The notes under the pieces: generated by a model
Told to the model about the DNA's origin: nothing
The model's database searches: none
Seen by the model: only the letters and a program-made list of their open reading frames with translations
Assembly (NCBI GenBank): GCA_002269645.1
Contig: NIVC01000024.1
Location: 310,001-374,000, forward strand
Direction: 5' to 3'
DNA: 64,000 bases
Origin: Macrostomum lignano
Lineage: Eukaryota
In this document: piece after piece, positions 12,486 through 25,389 of the stretch
How positions within the stretch are numbered: the stretch's first letter is position 1
How the letters are laid out: each line of letters begins with the position of its first letter
Program-made: the position numbers and the translations under genes

Positions 12486-13499
12486 TCACAAATACTAGGT
12501 AGGGGCCTAAAGTGAATTTTTTTACTTTTTAGAATTTTCACTATTGTTACTGCTGTAAGAGAAATGATGACACATACTAAGTACACAGTACACACCGACA
12601 CCTACAAACAAAAAATAAGAGCGTTGTTCCAGGAAAATTTAGAGCATAATCTATATTTAAATAATTTGTTTACAAAAACAAAACCTATTTCCTTTATTTA
12701 AAGATATTGGTTTTCTATGACATTAACTAAAATGTAAAAATAAGCTACATTAACTTTTTTTTTATCAACTTTTTAATTAAAGCCTTGCAATCTACACTTT
12801 AAAAAATCGGAATCGGTAGTGGTTGCTTGGGTTAGGTAGGTAGGTAGGTTGGCTATCTGGGGCTATCTATGGGTTGGATATGCTAGCTGTTGGGGTGATA
12901 ATTTTCATTTGGGTTTCCGAAACAATTTTGAGTAGGCCTAGTTTTTTGCAGTTTTAGCTTAGGTAAGAAGACTCAAATTTAAGAAATTTTGAAGTAGTCT
13001 GTCTATGATACTTTCCATAGTGAATTTATGTGCAAAATTTGGTGCAGTAGATTTGGTGCAATTTTTTCACTAAATCATCCATCGACGTCGACCATAGTAC
13101 TGCTCCAATTTTACCAATCGTTTTAGAATTTGACATAAACAATCTTTGACAACTAATTTTGACACGATCATGTGTAAAATGTTTAGTATCAAAGTTAATC
13201 CTAAATGGTGCTGTGTATTTTTAAAGTTAGGCTATTTTTGTCAATAAGGTAGCCACTCCAAGGTCAACCTCCACTCCACCTGTCTATCTTTCTCAATCTG
13301 GGCCCAGATGTGTAAAAGGGGTTGTAAAAGTGACTAACTTTTAGGCCCTAGTTGCAATAATTTTGCTTTATGTCAAACAATTGATTTCAAACTTGGCAAT
13401 TCTTCATTAGGCCTGATTTATTTTGTCTAAATAAAAAGAAAAATAAACTCTGTAACTCAATCAAAATAGAAACTATAGGCTAGCTAGGCTATGCATGTG

Positions 13500-13750
13500 A
13501 AGTTTATCTGCTCAAAGCAAAGGAGAGAAGTGAGAAAACATATGAGACAGTAAAGATAGCAGATAACAGATAAGTAGGGGGTAAAAGAACAGAGACTATC
13601 ATTGAAACAAAAATAAATAGACAAAAGATAAAAATAGAAGAGTAAAGAGAACATAGGAAAGATAAGAAAAAAGAGATTATAAAGACAAGAGGAGAGAGGA
13701 AAAAGAAGTGATTGAGAAGAAAAAAAGAAGAGAATGGAGAGAAGAAAGAC
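13500..13750. repeat. GA-rich low-complexity tract (a similar tract lies at 14250-14385)
   Basis: Purine-rich irregular repeats. Confidence 0.75.
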
Positions 13751-14853
13751 CAGGATGGAATTCTTGCGCAAAAGTTGTTATGCATTTATGTGCACTTGTC
13801 AAATTTGTATACGCTTGCGCGTTGAAATGGAGCTTACTTGCGTGCTCTTAAAGGTGTATGCGCACTCCATTGTATTGTATGCACTTGCAAAAAAGCTAGC
13901 TGTTTGCCGCAGAATCACAAACAGGATTTGACTTTTACATGCATTCAACATGGTTATGTGCCTTGTAGTGTATACGCGCTGAAGTTCTCCTACTTTTCAA
14001 AAACAGAAAAAGAATATATAAGAATATTTTCTTAAAAAGTTATAGTGTTCAAGCTACTTTACACCTAAAGTACAACTTTCTAATTTACGTTGGCGCAAGA
14101 ATTGAAAAACTAGAAATTTCATTTTTTAGCACATGCCGCATGGGCCCGCCATGATCTGCATTATGACTTTTTTTATAGCTGGTATATGCGCTGCTCCAAA
14201 AATGTGTGCGCGCATTTTCCTACCCCCAAGCAAGAATTCTATCCTCAAAAAGAGAATAGATTATGCCTAGAAAGCAAAGAGAGATAAAAAAGGGGAAAAC
14301 TCAGAAAAGGAAAGATAAGAAAAAGAAAGAAAAATGAAAAAAGAAGAATAGAGATAAGAATAGAGAAAGAGGAAAGAAAAAGAAATTGCTTAATATTCTA
14401 AGTTTCTGTTTGAGTAGAGGCCTATAGCCTCAGATTTCAAAATCTTACTAAGATCCCAATCTGGCAATTACTAAGCCTATATCCCAACTTGGTTAGGACC
14501 CATATTGGCAATATGTTTTTTTAGATTCTTGAACCATAGGGGCTATTAAAAGTAAGTGTTTTAAGCAGGCATGTAGCTAGGACTAGGATTTATATTAAAG
14601 GGGGACACAGATGATATTAATCCATTTCCAATGACAATGTTAAAGATAAAAGCAAAATACAAAAGCAATAAACCCTCTAGGGAAAGACATGTCCCCAATA
14701 TCCCTCCCTTGGTTGCACCCTTGGATTTGAGTAAAAAAATTAAGCAAGATTAATAAGTCTATATTTTAAGTTATCTATTCATTATTCAAAATTATCTAAA
14801 AGCAAATAATGGAAAGGCAAAAATGCTTAACTTGCCTTATATTTATTTAACCT

Positions 14854-15043
14854 CATACATGCGCAACCTGTGGAATCACCTGGCCATTTCTATTGGCAAC
14901 ACACACATGTAAGTCACTATTGGCTGCTATGTGAGCCAGCCAATTGAGCAGTCACGTGACTACTATTCTGTCCAATAGCAATATATATGTGTATATTGCT
15001 AATAGCAATGGCCGAGTAAATCCCAATGTTGTGCCCAAGTGTG
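14854..15043 (+). mobile_element. hAT-type MITE, 190 bp, related to the 9187 and 42350 elements
   Basis: Left TIR CATACATGCGCAAC. The right end reverse-complements to CACACTTGGGCACAAC (degenerate). Perfect 8-bp TSD TTTAACCT (14846-14853, 15044-15051). Internal inverted pair GGCCATTTCTATT/AATAGCAATGGCC. Confidence 0.78.
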
Positions 15044-15715
15044 TTTAACCTATATATCCATAAAGGCCTTTACTAAAAATGGTTTATTAGTATATATAGT
15101 TTTAGAAAAATGGCTTAAACTATTTTTTAAAATAATCAAGATATCTATCAAGGAATCAACTGTTTACTTATGCTTCATTTTTTCTATAGATTGGTATATT
15201 AATAAGTATTAAATAATATAATTCCTCTATGATTTATTGTTATTAGATTATCCAACTATTCTTTGGGGCTATTTGAATTTTTAATGCAATATTTAAACTG
15301 AATTGTCAATCTTTAGGCCTATTACAAGACCTAATAATTGATGATACTCTTATATTATATGTGTAGGCTCCAACTTCTATATTAAATATATTGTATAGTA
15401 AAGCATAGGGCCCTATTTTTTTTTTACAAAATCTGCCAGTCTGGCAAAATTGCTGGCAAGAATACTATTATACCAAAGGAATTATCCAAATTATACACCA
15501 TTTTTCCCTTTATTAATTGTCGCCAAATTGGTCAGCACCCTTAGATATTAGCATACCAATTTAAAGAGTTATTTTAATGTGAGTTTTGTGTGTCATGATA
15601 ATCTCAGCATCTCAAATTTTAACCCTAGATACAAAATTGAAATTGAAATATAAAATATCAGGCAATAATGTTCAACTCTTCTCTTATGTTGTTTTTCAGA
15701 TCTTGCTTGCCAACA

Positions 15716-18700
15716 ATGGATCAAGGTGATTTAATCAAGGAGCGCACAGTGGCTGGCCTTTTAGCCAGACTAAAGAGTTATGCTGTAAGCTGAAAATATT
15801 ATTTGCTTTGTAAATGCTGTCTTCTTTTTTTAGCTGGTGTATTAAAAACTTGTTGAAAATTTGCATTGTAATGCTGAGCTTTGTCCTTAAGAAAAATTTT
15901 AGATTTCATTAATTTTTATTTACAGCTTCAAGTTAATAAAATGGTCTAAATTTATTTTGAAATGTTAAGCTACTTATAGTAGCGAGGTAATTAAGAAATC
16001 ACCTTAACTTGACCTCCCTCAGTCGCTGCCCTGGTCTAACAAGCCAATCGAAGTGTCGCCATTAGTTTGCTCTCGTCACGGCTGGCTAAGCCGAGAACCC
16101 GACACTCTTGGCTGCGTTGACTGCGGCGCTTCGCTGTGCGTTCGTCTGCCGCTGCAGACAACTGAGAACTGTAAGCTTCAACAGCTTCAACAAGATTTAA
16201 GAAATTCAACATTTTATTTTAAGACTTTTAAAATGCATGTTTTTCATACACTACTAGCTTTAGCCTGAGTAGAGTAGTTTGATTGTTATCGGTATTTTTA
16301 TAAAAAATTTTCACATTTTTTCATATTTAGACGGCCAGCAATTAATGGACATGGTGACAAATTTGGCTAGGGCTCATTCTGATAACTGTCCGTGGCTTAA
16401 TGACCCTATGCCGGGTGAGTCTTTATCTGAAATTTATTGAATCACCTTGGTAAACTACAATGTACTTCTCATAGGGTGAGGTTCTTAGCGATATTGTGAC
16501 ATCTGATAGGATGAGATTCTCAGAGATAGTAATATTTAATAGAGTGAGATTCTCAGCAGTATTGTGACATTTCATAGGGTGACATTCTAAGCGGTATTGT
16601 GACATCTCATAGGGTGAGAGTCTCAGTGGTATTGTGACATCTCATAGTGTGACATTCTCAGCGGTATTGTGACATCTGATAAGATGAGATTCTCAGAGAT
16701 AGTAATATTTCATAGAGTGAGATTCTCAGCAGTATTGTGACATCTCATAGGGTGAGAGTCTCAGTGGTATTGTGACATCTCATAGTGTGACATTCTCAGC
16801 GGTATTGTGACATCTCATAGGGTGAGAGTCTCAAGTGATATTGTGGCATCTCATAGGGTGAGTCTCAGTGATATTGTGACGTCTCATAGGTTGAGAGTCT
16901 CAGTGATATTGTGACATCTCATAGGGTGAGAGTCTCAGTGATATTGTGACATCACAATAGGGTGAGAGTCTCAGTGGTATTGTGACATCTCACAGGGTGA
17001 GATTCTCAGTGGTATTGTGACATCTGATAGGATGAGATTCTCAGAGATAGTAATATTTCACAGAGTGAGATTCTCAGCAGTATTGTGACATTTCATACGG
17101 TGACATTCTAAGCGGTATTGTGACATCTCATAGGGTGAGAGTCTCAGTGGTATTGTGACATCTCATAGTGTGACATTCTCAGCGGTATTGTGACATCTCA
17201 TAGGGTGAGAGTCTCAGTGGTATTGTGACATCTCATAGTGTGACATTCTCAGCGGTATTGTGACATCTCATAGGGTGAGAGTCTCAGTGATATTGTGACA
17301 TCTCAATAGGGTGAGAGTCTCAGTGATTTTGTGACATCTCAATAGGGTGAGAGTCTCAGTGGTATTGGGGCATCTCAATAGGGTGGGAGTCTCAGTGGTA
17401 TTGTGACATCTCAATAGGGTGAGAGTCTCAGTGATATTGTGGCATCTCATAGGGTGAGAGTCTCAGTGATATTGTGACATCTCATAGGGTGAGAGTCTCA
17501 GTGGTATTGTGACATCTCACAGGGTGAGATTCTCAGTGATATTGTGACATCTCATAGGGTGAGAGTCTCAGTGTTATTGTGACATCTCACAGGGTGAGAT
17601 TCTCAGTAGGATTGAGACACATAATCTTCATAGAGTGAGATTTGCAGTAAGCCATGTGAGACTTACTAATTGAGAACTAGAAAGACATGAGCATGTTTCA
17701 TGGTGATGTGGTGAGTTGCGTCATCAATCATTCAAAGTATTGGCAGTTACCAATCGGATCAGCTTAAATCCACCCCGCAGACGACACGCCGCTGCTGCCC
17801 TTCACCGATCCCGACGCTGATCTGCGCGCCTTCCTCAACATCAGCGAGAGTCTGGCCCCGATTAGCGCAGCCGTGAATCCCAATGTTCGATTCACCTTGC
17901 AGGTAAGACTTTTTTCTACTATCGATAATTACACAAATATCGATTATTATGAATTTGACAACTCTCCCCCCTTATCGTGCAGTGCACCGTAGCCCGCGAC
18001 CTGCTAGAGTTTGTGCGCAGTCGCAGCGACTGCCTTCTCTCCCTGCCAGACGATGTCCGACAGCGCTGCTGCCTGCTGGCCGTGGCCGGCTGGTGCCCGG
18101 ACAGCACAACAGCTGCAGCTCAGGCCGCTCGAAATCGCCTGATCTGTTGCTGCTTCTGTCAGCGTCGCGTCGGCTTATTGAGTCTCAACCGCGGCTTGGA
18201 ACAGCAGCAGTTGCAGGCTGCCTCCTCTGCTTCTACGGCAACAACCAACACGACTGTTGTCGTTGATGACGCTTCCTTATCCGACGGAGTGGAAGCCGGC
18301 ATGTCGCTCGGAGCTGCCGCTGCTGCCGCCGCCGCCGTTACCGCTTCCAGCGGCGGCGGCAGCGCCAACATGCCGGCCCCGAGCTACGCCCTGACTGAGA
18401 TGATCATCAACAGGCAGCTGCTGTTTGCTAAGAAGCAGCACAGCGTGTCTGATTGGTCGCTTATTAGCAATGCCGGCAGCGAGGCCGCGTCCGTGAGTCT
18501 TTTTTGAGTTCTGTTCCTGTCCTGTGTCTGTCTGCCATTCCTGTCCTGTGTCTGTCTGTCTTTCCTGTCCAGTATCTGTCTGTCTTTCCTGTCCAGTATC
18601 TGTCTGTCTTTCCTGTCCAGTGTCTGTCTGTTCTTCCTGTCCAGTGTCTGTCTGTCTTTCCTGTCCAGTGTCTGTCTGTCTGTCTTTCCTGTCCAGTGTC

Positions 18701-21700
18701 TGTCTGTCTTTCCTGTCCAGTGGTTGTCTGTCTTTCCTGTCCAGTGTCTGTCTGTCTTTCCTGTCCAGTGTCTGTCTGTCTTTCCTGTCCAGTGTCTGTC
18801 TGTCTTTCCTGTCCAGTGTCTGTCTGTCTTTCCTGTCCAGTGTCTGTCTGTCTTTCCTGTCCAGTGTCTGTCTGTCTTTCCTGTCCAGTGTCTGTCTGTC
18901 TTTCCTGTCCAATGTCTGTCTGTCTTTCCTGTCCAGTGTCTGTCCAGTGTCTGTCTGTTCTTCCTGTCCAGTATCTGTCTGTTCTTCCTGTCCAGTGTCT
19001 GTCTGTCTTTCCTGTCCAGTGTCTGTCTGTCTTTCCTGTCCAGTGTCTGTCTGTCTTTCCTGTCCAGTGTCTGTCTGTTCTTCCTGTCCAGTGTCTGTCT
19101 GTCTTTCCTGTCCAGTGTCTGTCTTTCTGTCTTTCCTGTCCAGTGTCTGTCTGTTCTTCCTGTCCAGTGTCTGTCTGTCTTTCCTGTCCAGTGTCTGTCT
19201 GTCTTTCCTGTCCAGTATCTGTCTGTCTTTCCTGTCCAGTGTCTGTCTGTCTTTTCTGTCCAGTGTCTGTCTGTCTTTCCTGTCCAGTGTCTGTCTGTCT
19301 TTCCTGTCCAGTGTCTGTCTGTCTTTCCTGTCCAGTGTCTGTCTGTCTTTCCTGTCCAGTGTCTGTCTGTCTTTCCTGTCCAGTGTCTGTCTGTCTTTCC
19401 TGTCCAGTGTCTGTCTGTTCTTCCTGTCCAGTGTCTGTCTGTCTACCCTTCCTGTCCTGTGTCTGTCTGTTCTTTTTGTCCAGTATCTGTCTGTTCTTCC
19501 TGTCCAGTGTCTGTCTGTCTTTCCTGTCCAGTGTCTGTCTGTCTGTCTTTCCTGTCCAGTGTCTGTCTGTCTTTCCTGTCCAGTGGTTGTCTGTCTTTCC
19601 TGTCCAGTGTCTGTCTGTCTTTCCTGTCCAGTGTCTGTCTGTCTTTCCTGTCCAGTGTCTGTCTGTCTTTCCTGTCCAGTGTCTGTCTGTCTTTCCTGTC
19701 CAGTGTCTGTCTGTCTTTCCTGTCCAGTGTCTGTCTGTCTTTCCTGTCCAGTGTCTGTCTGTCTTTCCTGTCCAATGTCTGTCTGTCTTTCCTGTCCAGT
19801 GTCTGTCCAGTGTCTGTCTGTTCTTCCTGTCCAGTATCTGTCTGTTCTTCCTGTCCAGTGTCTGTCTGTCTTTCCTGTCCAGTGTCTGTCTGTCTTTCCT
19901 GTCCAGTGTCTGTCTGTCTTTCCTGTCCAGTGTCTGTCTGTTCTTCCTGTCCAGTGTCTGTCTGTCTTTCCTGTCCAGTGTCTGTCTTTCTGTCTTTCCT
20001 GTCCAGTGTCTGTCTGTTCTTCCTGTCCAGTGTCTGTCTGTCTTTCCTGTCCAGTGTCTGTCTGTCTTTCCTGTCCAGTATCTGTCTGTCTTTCCTGTCC
20101 AGTGTCTGTCTGTCTTTCCTGTCCAGTGTCTGTCTGTCTTTCCTGTCCAGTGTCTGTCTGTCTTTCCTGTCCAGTGTCTGTCTGTCTTTCCTGTCCAGTG
20201 TCTGTCTGTCTTTCCTGTCCAGTGTCTGTCTGTCTTTCCTGTCCAGTGTCTGTCTGTCTTTCCTGTCCAGTGTCTGTCTGTCTTTCCTGTCCAGTGTCTG
20301 TCTGTCTTTCCTGTCCAGTGTCTGTCTGTCTACCCTTCCTGTCCTGTGTCTGTCTGTTCTTTTTGTCCAGTATCTGTCTGTTCTTCCTGTCCAGTGTCTG
20401 TCTGTCTTTCCTGTCCAGTGTCTGGCTTCCCTGTCCAGTGTCTGTCTGTCTGCCTTTCCTGTCCAGTGTCTGTCTGCCTTTCCTGTCCAGTGTGTCTGTT
20501 CTTCCTGTCCAGTGCCTATCTTGTCTGTCTGCGCCTCCTGTCCTGTGTCTGTCTGTCTGTCTTTCCTGTCCAGTGTCTGTTTGTCTGTCTTTCCTGTCCT
20601 GTGTCTGTCTGTCTGCCATTCCTGTCCAGTGTCCGTCCTGTCTGCTTTTCCTGCTCAATTTTCTTTCCCTTCTCATGTTAATGATTTTCTTGACCCGTCC
20701 TGTCCAGCCCTCATCTCTGCCCGTCATACCTATCCATCAGCTCTCAAGTCTTCCCTTTCTGTTAGTTTACTCTGCTAATTTATCTGGAACAAATTCTTTT
20801 TACAAAAAGGACAGCTCGTACTACAATGCTGTGTTGTATAAATTGTAATCTGCAGAGTTATTTGCTAACACAATAGGCAATCTCAGGTGCACTCTTTCTG
20901 ATGGACAGCTGTGCGGTTGTACCGGTGAACTTAGGTATATGATTATCATTTCACGCATCATTTCATCTGGCCATCTGGCGCAAAAAAATGATAATGGAAA
21001 ATTTTCGCTAGCAATAACAAACTTTCAGTTCCTGCCGAACTGTGGATTCGATAGGCTCCAAATTTGTAACTAAGCGGATATTAATTCGAAAACTATTTCC
21101 TTTTTTGCTTGAGAAGGAAATTTGAATTGCTTCCTGTTGTTTCAGCATCTTGAGTAGAAGTTGCCTACTGGGCTTTTATTACTATTGGGCTTCTTCCTGT
21201 CTCAGCAACTCTTTTGTGACGAACCCGACGCTTTTGCTGTGTGCAAACTCTGCCTCCAGACTCTCAGACTCCCGCTCTCCATTTGACCTCTCTATCTCCT
21301 GCTCCCTCCGCTCCTTTCTCCGCTCCCTCTTCCGCTCCCTCTCCCGCTCCCTCCGCTCCCTCTCCCGCTCCCTCCGCTCCCTCTCCCGCTCCCTCCGCTC
21401 CTTTCTCCGCTCCCTCTTCCGCTCCCTCCGCTCCCTCTTCCGCTCCCTCCGCTCCCTCTCCCGCTCCCTCCGCTCCCTCTCCCGCTCCCTCCGCTCCCTC
21501 TCCCGCTCCCTCCGCTCCCTCTCCCGCTCCCTCCGCTCCCTCTCCCGCTTCATCCGCTCCCTCCGCTCCCTCTCCCGCTTGCTCCGCTCCTTCCTCCGCT
21601 CCCTCTCCCGCTCCCTCCGCTCCGTCTCCCGCTTCATCCGATCCCGCTCCCGCTCCCTCTCCCGCTCGCTCCGCTCCTTCCTCCGCTCCCTCCGCTCCCT

Positions 21701-23001
21701 CTCCCGCTCCCTCCGCTCCGTCTCCCGCTTCATCCGATCCCTCTCCCGCTCGCTCCGCTCCTTCCTCCGCTCCCTCCGCTCCCTCTCCCGCTTCCTCCGC
21801 TCCCTCCGCTCCCTCTCCCGCTCCCTCCGCTCCCTCTCCCGCTTCATCCGCTCCCTCCGCTCCCTCTCCCGCTTGCTCCGCTCCTTCCTCCGCTCCCTCT
21901 CCCGCTCCCTCCGCTCCGTCTCCCGCTTCATCCGATCCCGCTCCCGCTCCCTCTCCGCTCGCTCCGCTCCTTCCTCCGCTCCCTCCGCTCCCTCTCCCGC
22001 TCCCTCCGCTCCGTCTCCCGCTTCATCCGATCCCTCTCCCGCTCGCTCCGCTCCTTCCTCCGCTCCCTCCGCTTCCTCCGCTCCCTCCGCTCCCTCTCCC
22101 TCTTTTCCGCTCCCTCTCCTGCTCCCTCCGCTCCTTCCTCCGCTCCCTCTCCCGCTTTTACGCTCTCTCTCCCGCTCCATCTGCTCTCTACGCTTCCTTC
22201 CACTCCCTCTCTCGATCTACGCTCCCTCCGCTCTTCTTCTCCACTAGTCTATCCAGCAATGCCTAAAGATTATTAGATCTCATAGTCAATAGAAGAAGAA
22301 CAGTACTTGCTAGCCCCTGTGAAACGAATGCGCCGCAGATGCGAGACCTCGACGATGTCCAGTCGGTGGCCGGCAGCACCGTGTCCAATCTGTCGGCCGG
22401 CGAAATCGCCAACCAGCTGCAGGATGTGGAACAGCAGCAGAAGCAGCAGACTCCGCCGCCTTCAGTCGGTTTGACTCTGCTGAATCTGCCGTCATCGTCG
22501 TCAGCTGGCGGCGACGGCAGCGTCAGCGGCGATCCGGACAACTGGTCCACCATGACCAACGCCGATAGCGACCGGCGCTCCGTTGCTCAATCTGACGTCG
22601 CCACCTTCAGCGTCTGGGACGGCGACTTCGGCAGCGGAGGCGACATCGGCGGCGGCAGCGGCAGCAAGCGGCCTCGACTAGACGTTCTGGACGAGGCTGG
22701 CGCTTCATCGTCGATGGCGCCCGGCGCCAGTTCCTTGGCGCCGATTGTTAGCGTCGATTTGCTGGCTCTGCACTGGGCCTGGTGTCCCTGGCGGCCCGGC
22801 GACCCGTCAGAGGACTGGTGCCGCTCCGTGCTCAGCCACCCGGACCTGCCCGCCAAGTCCGGCTTCTCGGATGCCGACAGCCCGGCCGCCGGCGCCTCGG
22901 CTGCTGGCGATCGGAACGGCGATGATGAAGGAGGCGACGGGTCCGACCAGCCGCTGCCTACCACGCCGCCAACGCCCACTCCGCAATCGTCTAGCGCTTG
23001 A
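15716..23001 (+). CDS. ZC3HC1: NIPA / zinc finger C3HC-type protein 1 (Rsm1 family), 6 exons, about 531 aa
   Basis: Exons 15716-15784, 16023-16170, 16331-16414, 17781-17902, 17983-18492 and 22339-23001, with compatible phases (0,1,1,0,0). It carries WSNKPIEVSPLVCSRHGW..LGCVDCGASLC..AHSDNCPW (zf-C3HC), LLAVAGW..LICCCFCQRRVGL (Rsm1-like), an NLS-like KRPRL and a C-terminal HWAWCPW (human HRDWCPW). Confidence 0.88.
16470..17620. repeat. Minisatellite, 35/36-bp unit TATTGTGACATCTCATAGGGTGAGAGTCTCAGTGG, in ZC3HC1 intron 3
   Basis: Tandem repeats with several unit variants. Confidence 0.95.
18510..20680. repeat. Minisatellite, 24-bp unit CCTGTCCAGTGTCTGTCTGTCTTT, in ZC3HC1 intron 5, with a higher-order duplication
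   Basis: 8-aa periodicity in several frames. Rare variants recur with an 863-887 bp period. Confidence 0.97.
21290..22240. repeat. Minisatellite, about 21-bp unit CCCTCCGCTCCCTCTCCCGCT, in ZC3HC1 intron 5
   Basis: Tandem repeats. The minus strand reads as Arg/Glu repeats. Confidence 0.92.
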
Positions 23002-23019
23002 TTGATTGGTTGATCTGAT

Positions 23020-23370
23020 CTGCTAGTTTGTTAATTGAGTTAATTTATTGAGCTGGAATTGATTGATTGACAGTTTATTGTCTATAGGTTGATTGATTGA
23101 TCTATTTGGTTGATTGATTGATTGATCTATTTGGTTGATTTATTGATTGATTTGGTTGATTGATTGATTGATCTATTTGGTTGATTGATTGATCTATTTG
23201 GTTGATTGATTTATTGATTTATTTGGTTGATTGACTGATTGATCTATTTGGTTGATTGATTTATTGATTTATTTGGTTGATCTATTTGGTTGATTGATTG
23301 ATTGATCTATTTGGTTGATTTATTGATTTATTTGGTTGATTTATTGATTGATCTATTTGGTCAATTGACT
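23020..23370. repeat. GATT/GATCTATTTGGTT compound microsatellite just downstream of ZC3HC1
   Basis: Direct reading. Confidence 0.9.
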
Positions 23371-23664
23371 GGTTCGTTAATTAATTAATTCTTTTTGACG
23401 GATCTCATAAAATCGACTGAATCTTATCAATCAATTCTAGCATTTCATGGCACTCAACTGCTGCATTAGAAATTATAAGTTGATCGGTTTGTTAAACGTT
23501 CAATGGTTTGTTAATAGTAGTTTTCTGTTAATAGTACGCTCGTAGTATATAGCATTGTTATAATACCGGTATGTAATTTTCATTTCCTTTTTTGAGATTC
23601 TTGCTATGGTAAGCTTTTTATCTACAGTTCCCGTGTGACTATTTAACCTCATTTTGGGGCTTTT

Positions 23665-23672
23665 GAGGTTCA

Positions 23673-23730
<58 letters not shown>
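23665..23730. repeat. (GT)n microsatellite
   Basis: Direct reading. Confidence 0.98.
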
Positions 23731-23733
<3 letters not shown>

Positions 23734-23829
23734 TTATGTGTTTCTGTGTGTGTTTAATCTCAGTTCCTTTCCATTATGTTTATTTAATCAATTTAGGTCA
23801 TTTCGGGTATATGATTTTCACTCTTCTTG

Positions 23830-24000
23830 GGAGTGACATTTTTGGCATGAGTGACATCTGTAGGATTTTCAATCTCACTGTTAGAGTGACATTTTTGGCA
23901 TGAGTGACATCTGTAGGATTTTAAATCTCACTGTTAGAGTGACATTTTTGGCATGAGTGACATCTGTAGGATTTTAAATCTCACTGTAAAAGTGACATTT
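23830..24000. repeat. About 53-bp unit x3 (GAGTGACATTTTTGGCATGAGTGACATCTGTAGGATTTTAAATCTCACTGTTA)
   Basis: Three tandem copies. Confidence 0.9.
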
Positions 24001-24334
24001 TAGGGTAGACACTCGCTGTAACTTCCGTAATTTTAAAGTCCAACCGTTTTAAAACAGATTGGGTATTACATGTACTTAGTTTTCTATGCACTTGTGCTAA
24101 TGCGATTAAATATCAATTTTTTTCTAATTAATAAACTTTGACTCTTATGTTCATCGACAATGACAAATTAAACAGAACTTTAATGTCATCTGCTGCCAAT
24201 ATAGTACTTTTATAGTACTGTAGTACTTTTTTATGTAAATATCTGGTGTGTCACTTAACTGTCTACTCAAATTTGCAATAGGCAGCCTTTCATGTTAACC
24301 TTCTTTGTCACCATTCTATCAATCAATGCAGCTA

Positions 24335-24845
24335 ACCAACCCCCAGAATCGCCCCTCGGCCTCCCCCAAGACGTCCCTCAAGCTCCATCAGAATCGTCCC
24401 TCAAGCTCCACCAGAATCGCCCCACAACCTCCCCCAGAATCGCCCCTCAACATCCCCCAGAATCGCCCCTCAACATCCCCCAGAATCGCCCCTCAACCTT
24501 CCCCCAAAATCGCCCCCCCATATCTCCCCGCCAAAATCGCCCCTCAACCTCCCTCCAAAATCGCCCCCAATATCCACGCCAGAATTGCCCCTCAACCTCC
24601 CCCAGAATCGCCCCTCAACCTCCCCCAGAATCGCCCCTCAACCTCCCCCAGAATCGCCCCTCAACCTCCCCCAGAATCGCCCCTCAACCTCCCCCAGAAT
24701 CGCCCCTCAACCTCCCCCAGAATCGCCCCTCAACCTCCCCCAAGAATCGCCCCTCAACCTCCCCCAGAATCGCCCCTCAACCTCCCCCAGAATCGCCCCT
24801 CAACCTCCCCCAAGAATCGCCCCTCAACCTCCCCCAAGAATCGCC
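24335..24845. repeat. Minisatellite, 23-bp unit CCCCCAGAATCGCCCCTCAACCT
   Basis: Tandem repeats. Confidence 0.95.
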
Positions 24846-25389
24846 TTAATACTTGTACATGTAGACTCAAACTCCCAACACTTATTTCACTAAAAGTGGC
24901 CTCACTTTTTCTTTGTTATGCTCTTTAATGCTCGGCGCCCCATATTTTATATCACTAACTTGTCGTTTACTTTTTCCGGTGTTATTATCAAGCGATTAAA
25001 CAGTGTTACAAAACTGTTAAAACACCCGTCAATAATGCGCGAATGGAGACAATGGCAAGCTGTTGGTTGTCGTTATTTATCAAAACTTTTGTTTTACTCC
25101 GCAGTAATCCAAGTTAGGGAGGTATTCTTAATCCTAATTTTGAATTATTTTCAAGGTTTCACTTCTAAAGTAAATTCGTCAAATTGTGTGCGTTTCTTGG
25201 CCACGTAATAAAAAATCGTTTTTCACTTCGATCCGTACTGCATATAGAATCAGAATCAGAATTTCATCTTTGCAATTTGTCTTTACTTTAATATAATCAC
25301 ATCAAGTCTCCATTTGTTCTTAGACTTATTCACTCACGCATTTACTCATTCTTAAACTCACTTACTCATGCATTAACTCAATCCTAAAC

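Noticed and set aside
12500-13350. TAGGGGCCTAAAG / TTTTAGGCCCTA inverted pair as possible hAT TIRs
   Set aside because: The match is short and imperfect and there is no TSD.
18277-20848. 700-800 aa ORFs, and likewise those at 31065-32876, 33308-34227, 53812-55342, 56507-58313, 59186-60055 and 24292-24928
   Set aside because: They are translations of tandem repeats that are open in several frames on both strands, have no domain, and mostly lie inside introns.
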